A stretch of 64,000 bases of DNA from NCBI RefSeq assembly GCF_964355755.1, contig NC_092672.1, positions 36,462,437-36,526,436 of the forward strand. Direction: 5' to 3'. This document shows positions 57,901 to 64,000 of the stretch, in pieces; within the stretch, counting starts at the first letter, position 1; every line of letters begins with the position of its first letter. Under the pieces are notes generated by a model that made no database searches, was not told the origin of the DNA, and saw nothing but the letters and a program-made list of their open reading frames with translations. A program made the translations under genes and the position numbers. This DNA is from Antedon mediterranea (Eukaryota; Animalia; Echinodermata).

Positions 57901-60900
57901 TAAATAAAATTTTAAAAAGAGCAGTTAAAAATGAGAGTAACAGGCCATAAAATGTATGGATCTCATCTGAATTGAATACGGTTTCTTGGAGTGAAAATAT
58001 TTGTTGAAAAGGTGAGTTTTCAAAAGCTGTTTATTTTATTAATAGTATTTTATTATATTTTTAGGAAATGCTTAACAACTCACGGAAAGCTGACACCGGC
58101 GTTAAACTCGAGGTGAACAGTAGAATACTTGACTCCTGCACGGACTTGATGAAAGCGATCAAAATCCTAATAGAGAAATCAAAATCATTACAAAGAGAGA
58201 TTGTTTCAAATGACAGAGTATGTATAAGCAATACCGACTCTAATTAGAGTAGAAAAAACTATGGAATTATCTCCCTGTTTTTTAAAAAATCTGTAAAATG
58301 CTACCTTTTAGCCAATTAAACAACATAACTATTGTTATGCTCAATATTTTATCTCTTTCTTTGTTATTTTATTTTTTATTGTTCTTTATATTTCTTTTCA
58401 TGTATTATACATATATGTATTGTTGGGTCCCTCGTGAGACAAGCCTTTGCTTCTAGTGCGGGCCCCAGTTATTATTGTTATAACTGAATAAATGTGTATA
58501 AATGAATGAATGAAAATTGTTAAAGTTTTACCATGGGTCTTTTTTTTTTCAGGGAACAGCTTCAACAAAAGAGTTTTATAAGCGTCATCATCGTTGGACA
58601 GAAGGCCTCATATCTGCTGCCAAGCTTGTCGGCTTTGGAGCGACACAACTTGTGTAAGTTTACATAACAAAAGACAACAAATTGTTATGGCAAAAATTAG
58701 GCTGTAGAAAGTGCCAAACTGTTACAGAATGATATATTTTTTCTTTAAAAATAAACTATGATTTTATTTACAGTGAATCAGCTGATAAGGTTATGCAACG
58801 TAAAGGAAAATTTGAAGAGCTTGTTGTGTGTTCGCACGAAATAGCGGCCTCTACGGCGCAGCTTGTGGCGGCCAGTAGAGTTAAAGCACACAAAGAGAGT
58901 GAAAACTTGAAGGGATTGTCTACGGCTTCCAAGGGCGTGGCACAAGCTACTGCAAGCGTGGTAGCATCATCTAAGTCTGGTGCTCAATTGACGGAGGAAG
59001 GAGGTATGTTAAACATTTTTTGTTGGTGTGAAGGGTTGTCTAAGGCTCTGTCTACTTTATCAAACTGACAAAAAAATGTGATGTGCCCATATATGGACAT
59101 GATGATGTCATATCAATACCATATTTGGGCACATCACATTTTTATGTCACATACAGTTTGATAGTTTAGACAAAGTTTTAGAAAGGACTGGTGTTAAAGT
59201 TCTATCAGTGAATTTATGTGGCAAAACAAAAGGAAAATGTGTTTATACCAAAAAATACTCATACCTCTTGGTCTATACAGAAAAAAAATTTGCACACAAG
59301 TGTTAAATTATTTTATCAATAGTTGTTTCAATGATTATTTTGAACTTTTAGATGTGACAGATTTTACAAAAATGAGTCTCACTCAGACAAAGAGAAATGA
59401 GATGAACTCTCAGGTACGAGTGCTTGAGTTAGAGAGCCTGTTGGACAAGGAACGTGTCAAACTGGCTGAGCTGAGGAGAAGGCACTATCAATTGGCTGGA
59501 GTCAGTGAGGGATGGGAAGAAGAAGAGGTAAGGAAGTGATCAGGCGTAGAAATTATTAGAGAATAGTTTAATAGTTTGAAACCTGACCCCCCCTCTACTA
59601 ATTATTAATCGCATTTTTATTTTTTAAAAAAGATTGTCAAGAAATTTATTCAATCTTTGTCCATTAAAATCCTGTTTAAATACAGTTTGAGAAGGAAAAA
59701 TTATAATTTCAAGACATATTTGTGGAGTTTTACAAACAATATAATTTTCCTTTCTTTTATATGATTTCTAATAAATTTTCGTCATCAGATTTATCATAAT
59801 ATATAATACTTTTTGATTTTTATTTATGTTATCATGAATGAATTGACATTTTGGCTTATTTCTCAATTGTCTGCTATGCTACCCTCTAGCTGCAAAAAAT
59901 GATCTTTCTGTAGCAAAAGCTGTCATGATAATACATCTTTATCATCTTGAATCATTTAAAACAATGTAAACACAAACAGTATTTTGACAACATACTATTA
60001 AGCTCTGTCTACACTATCAAACTTTATGTGACATAAACATGTGATGTGCCCATATATGGACATGACGATGTCATATCACTACCATATTTAGGCATATCAC
60101 ATTTTTTTGTCAAACTATTTTGATAGCATAGACAGAGCTTTAGCAACAAATTCAAACCATCTGGAATAGCAACCATTCAAACAATTATTTTAGGGAAATA
60201 AAAACAACGTATCAAATCCACCAAAACTTTTAAATGTGGCTTTTGACAAACTGTACTCATTGCTTTTTAGAAAAAGTTGTTGAAATTGCTAATATAAAAT
60301 GTTCTTCTTTTTTCATTGCTTGTTCCCTCCTCCTCTTACATAGACCAAAAGCTAGATTAATTAAAGGTTGGTTTAAATGCTTCATGTTGTATTAGCTTGC
60401 TATACTAGAGTTACACATTATATACTATACTGTACATTATATGGATTGTAATGTTAATTTTATTGCAGTTTAATGTCAGTAGATAGATTGTAGTTGATGT
60501 AGTTTTGCTGTAGATTCACCGTAATTGTATACTGTGTTTACTGCTTAATGTTTATCATTCATTGGTGTGTGGTATTCTTCATCCTAGTTTATTCATTACG
60601 TATATATATAGCGGCCTCTTCATGAATAGTCGCAAAGCAAGATGGCTATAGAAAAAGAAACAGTGATGTTAAATCATACTCATATTAAGAGTGAAAAGAA
60701 TTTGACTTTTACTTTTTTCACTCTTAAGCTCTTGTCTACACTATCAAACGTTATGTGACAACAAATTTGGTGTACCCATATAGGGACATGATGATGTCAT
60801 ACAGTATCACTACCATATTCAAGCATATCACTACCATATTTGGACACATCACTACCATATTTGGACACATCACTACCATATTTGGACACATCACACCTTT

Positions 60901-62216
60901 TTTTGTCAAATTAGTTTGATAGTGTAGACGGAGCTTTACAAACATTTACACATTTTACTACTACTACTACTAAAGTATTGTTACTTTTAGTAGTATTGTT
61001 TGTTGTGTATTGTCATTTTATTATAATGCATTCACAAACTTTTATTTGTGGTCGATCACAAACAACGCGTTTTACCAAATCATTACGTTATTAAGTTTAT
61101 CTATTGCTTTGTTTTCATTTTGGTGTATAAATTATCTCGCGCTTTTGAAAGTACTTAATTCTTTCTTGCATTATTTATATTACTTTCTATTGTCTAAGAC
61201 ACAACTTTCATAGTCTTCACTTTGTTTATACATTCATTAATTTATGATTATTTAATGTCAATTTAATAATATTAATTCATGTGTTACTGTCAATATTATG
61301 ATTTCATGTTGTTATACTTTCATTTGCTGCTTTCATATTAGGACTTTCCAATTCATTTATGTGACAGGACAGACAATAAAGCTCGGTCTACACTATCAAA
61401 TATGGTAGTGATATGCCAAAATATGGTAGTGATATGCCCAAATATGCTAGTGATATGCCCAAATATGCTAGTGATATGCCCAAATATGCTAGTGATATGC
61501 CCAAATATGCTAGTGATATGCCCAAATATGCTAGTGATATGCCCAAATATGCTAGTGATATGCCCAAATATGCTAGTGATATGACATCATCATGTCCATA
61601 TATGGGCACATCACATTTTGTTCTCACATAAAGTTTGATAGTGTAGACAGAGCTTTAGATACTTTAAATTGAATCGAAATACAAACCATCCTTATCACCC
61701 CAGTTTGAATGCTTATGCAACTGTATTCTGCTCCTTTTAAAATATTTTTTATTTATCACCCAAGTTTTGTTTTATTTTTCTTGCACTTATTATTTGCATG
61801 TATTTTGTTTAGTCACACAACTACTCACATTTGTTTAGTTTTATTTACTACTAACAATACTATATTTTTACCATATTAAAAAAAGTGTGTCATTGTCTCA
61901 AAACTCAAAAGACTAAAAAAACAATGTTTTGCACTGTTTAATTGCTACCCGAAAACATTTTTGGCCAGCCCAAGGGTGTTCAGGTATTTTTGGCCAGCCC
62001 AACATTAAACAGGTTTAGAGGAGTTGATGAATCAACTTATTAAACCCAATAATGTCACTCGTCTGTGTAAATTGGTCTTACCATCATCCGGTTATTCTTG
62101 CCTTTAAACTACTCTTCATTGTATCCAATTTTAAAAATTAATTTTCTCTTTTCTTTCTGTAGAACGGAGAAAACTTTCAATCAATGTTGCAACAAGCGAA
62201 AGAAGAGTTCCTGTGA
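33909..62216 (+). CDS. HIP1: Huntingtin-interacting protein 1 / HIP1R (Sla2 family: ANTH, coiled coil, I/LWEQ talin-like domain)
   Basis: Exons at about 33909-33983, 46727-46790, 47306-47448, 47829-47885, 48332-48412, 49174-49256, 49530-49591, 50522-50662, 51641-51774, 52391-52513, 53280-53392, 53504-53669, 54256-54346, 54652-54740, 55163-55337, 55807-55896, 56005-56091, 56305-56412, 56513-56655, 57553-57660, 58065-58217, 58553-58653, 58774-59003, 59352-59527, then 62163-62216 (or 60344-60355). Motifs: SITKAINSQEVPVKEKHVR, CWKFCHTLHKLMREGH, SMTNSGQCRLSPLI, RWTEGLISAAK, HEIAASTAQLVAASRVKA, EMNSQVRVLELE. Confidence 0.95.
36713..38094. mobile_element. Kolobok-like non-autonomous DNA transposon (~1.38 kb, TTAA TSD)
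   Basis: TTAA|AGTGGAGCTACACTCAGA..TCTGAGTGGAGCTCCACT|TTAA (17 of 18 bases match); no long ORF. Confidence 0.85.
38437..41108. mobile_element. Academ-like non-autonomous DNA transposon with ~750-bp TIRs and a 3-bp TSD (CAA)
   Basis: CAA|TAGTCCAGTCAAAAATCACCCTCACCATGG..CCATGGTGAGGGTGATTTTTGACTGGACTA|CAA. Arms ~38437-39182 and ~40361-41108 are near-identical in reverse complement. Confidence 0.88.
41257..41445. repeat. ~98-bp tandem duplication
   Basis: GACAGAGATACTAAATAATCAACAATG..AAAGAAACCTC twice. Confidence 0.9.
41806..42118. repeat. 49-bp minisatellite, about 6.4 units
   Basis: CTTCAAAGTCTTGCCCCTTTGCTTGGTAGAATTAGGTGGAATCCCCCAC. Confidence 0.95.
43737..43850 (+). CDS. Candidate alternative first coding exon of HIP1
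   Basis: ATG plus 38 open codons (MPYHRLDFVDMFPQHAGGPSIHLMVQSIKDLRVFTKKQ) ending at CAG|GTGTGT in phase 0, in frame with exon 2. Confidence 0.45.
46791..47305 (+). other. U12-type (minor spliceosome) GT-AG intron of HIP1
   Basis: 5' site GTATCCTT; branch site ACCTTAAC about 10 nt before the AG; no polypyrimidine tract; the reading frame joins as KHVR-N-VIIG. Confidence 0.9.
48100..48300 (-). mobile_element. RTE-like LINE 3' fragment
   Basis: Translation DLITWRSTQGKRKVGRP..TY resembles the RTE ORF C-terminal W-x-GKR-xx-GRP motif. Confidence 0.55.
50918..51308. repeat. MITE copy with its internal 21-bp unit expanded to about 14 copies
   Basis: (GTGATGTGCCCAAATATGCTA)n between MITE TIRs. Confidence 0.92.
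55530..55780 (+). mobile_element. L2/CR1-like LINE 3' end fragment
   Basis: YGGRASAVAAPTLWNSLP-like translation followed by an (ATT)n-type tail. Confidence 0.6.
60344..60355 (+). CDS. Candidate alternative terminal coding exon of HIP1 (TKS*)
   Basis: Long polypyrimidine tract, then CATAG|ACC AAA AGC TAG, phase 0. Confidence 0.4.
   Translation, partial: TKS
61380..61654. repeat. MITE copy with the 21-bp unit expanded to about 8-9 copies
   Basis: (GTGATATGCCCAAATATGCTA)n between MITE TIRs. Confidence 0.92.
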
Positions 62217-62296
62217 GCTGTAGAATGAATCACAGAGGGCGCTTTGATATCAGACATGTACAGAGAAGAATATACCAATATTATATATATCCCTAT

Positions 62297-62535
62297 GGTT
62301 AGATTTATCTACTGCAGTAACTGTTGTTGAGTATCACACCACCTGCAGTGGTACTGCAGTAATTAATATTTACTATGTATAGTGCTCATAATGGTGTTTT
62401 AGGTTTGAATTCTACCCTTTTTTGCTGAAATTCATTGGTATATTTCACCATACAGTATTTCCAAATGTCATCATGGGACAGTGCTTATGAAACAACCAGT
62501 GATTACTGCAGTGACTGCAGTAGATTGGTTTGACC
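62297..62535. repeat. Imperfect inverted-repeat element in the HIP1 3'UTR
   Basis: ATCTACTGCAGTAACTG..CAGTGACTGCAGTAGAT. Confidence 0.55.
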
Positions 62536-64000
62536 TGGTCAAACACTCTTTCACTTATATATAAATATCTTACAATTTTTGTGAAGGATCTTTTTATAAC
62601 TTTTGTAAATACATTCTGATATATTACTTTAGGGTAACATTATGTTAAGTAGGATCATGTACTGAAGAAAAAAAAAACTATGTATTTAATGAAGTGCTTA
62701 TTTGAAATAATGAAAGTAAATAGAAAACCAGGAAGTGTGTAACTTTGCAAAATCCATCGCTTGTGGTATATTCCTAATTTTAGCCATTTTCAAAAAATAA
62801 ATATATATAACTTAACAAAATAGGCTAAACAGTGACACAAAATTGCACAGGAAAACTATTGAAATTTTTCCATACATACAAATATTAATAAAAATATCAA
62901 ACTATTGAGATTTTAGTAGCTATATCCATACATACAAATATTAATAAAAATACTGAAAAGATGACAATTCTGTGGGTATTAGTGGCTGGATCTCAATAGC
63001 AAAAAATATTTGCGCAGATATTTTAGTAGCATCATCTCTCCATACGCAAATAACTAAAAAAAAATTACATTGATGTGGGTATCAGTGGCTGGATATTAAC
63101 GGAGATACAAAATAAAAAAGCAAAAAGCTCAATCAAAATGATAAAGTAAAACAACCAGAAAAAAATTGCAAAGCTTCCTAACCCTCCCTCAGTGCATATA
63201 CTTTAAATATTGTTACATTTTAAGAAGGGTCTACTCAATTTCAAGTATGTTCTCCCAAATTCTACAAAATAATCATAAACATTAGATAACAAATAATTGA
63301 AATAGTCTGTGCTCGAGTAAACATTTTGTAACTGACATTAATTTTTAATCAAGATATATATAAAATTTGAAATATTATTTCTGCTTTAAGAAAAATCAGA
63401 AGTCTCCCAAATCATAATTAAGTAATTTAGTATAAATATATAATATATGCTTCAATTTTAGTTTGTTTTCACAAAGTCTATTCACCTTTTAGCCTAAATT
63501 GGACAATTTTTATGTTTATTCTCGTAAATTATTATCAAAAAAATAATTGAAAAACTTGTTTTAAAAGTACTTTGTTTGAGGAATGTGCTAACCAAAAGCA
63601 TAATGGTCATTTTGCTATCTTACAATGCTAATACAAATTGCACAAATGTTTAAATAAGACATCGTTGTGTTTACTGCCAAAAATATACATCATTTTAAAT
63701 GATTTTCATTTAAACTATTCATTTAAATCATATAATCGTACAATATTAAATTGATAGCGAACATTAAGTGTTAAATGAACGGCGAACAGTAAGTGTTAAA
63801 GTAAAATTTGTGACGAAAAACTTTTGTCGGGTAAAAACTTAAAAAGTGAAAAAAAAAAAAGAATTAAACTTTAAGAACCTAAGCACAAGCGTGCGTTGCG
63901 GCTGGCGATGATTTCGATTTTCTTTTAATTTTAATTATATTTTATTTTATGTATCAAACGTTATATTTTGAAAAATTGGCAAATGTTTTTGAACAACCAT

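Overview
This is AT-rich, intron-containing animal DNA (probably a marine invertebrate; taxon is inferred), not prokaryotic. It holds three spliced genes. (1) The 3' part of a carboxypeptidase D gene (+, 5040-23596) with at least four M14 domains, the last two catalytically degenerate. (2) A complete FBXO21-like gene (-, 26755-32669). (3) A HIP1/HIP1R (Sla2-like) gene (+, 33909-62216) with a U12 minor-spliceosome intron, a candidate alternative first exon and two candidate last exons. FBXO21 and HIP1 are head-to-head; their 1.2-kb spacer holds two tandem tRNA-Phe(GAA) genes, CTCF-like motifs and repeated ETS-like motifs. Introns are full of non-autonomous elements: about 22 copies of one Harbinger-type MITE, an Academ-like element with ~750-bp TIRs, a foldback element with an 8-bp TSD, Kolobok/piggyBac-like TTAA elements, tRNA-SINEs, a 5S-headed SINE3-like element and LINE fragments. 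The most unusual signal is that the MITE was twice copied together with unique flanking host DNA. One copy moved ~145 bp of CPD 3'UTR, inverted, into HIP1 intron 1, and the donor supplies the empty site for the Academ insertion. The MITE also seeds 21-bp minisatellites. All coordinates were read by eye and may be off by a few bases.
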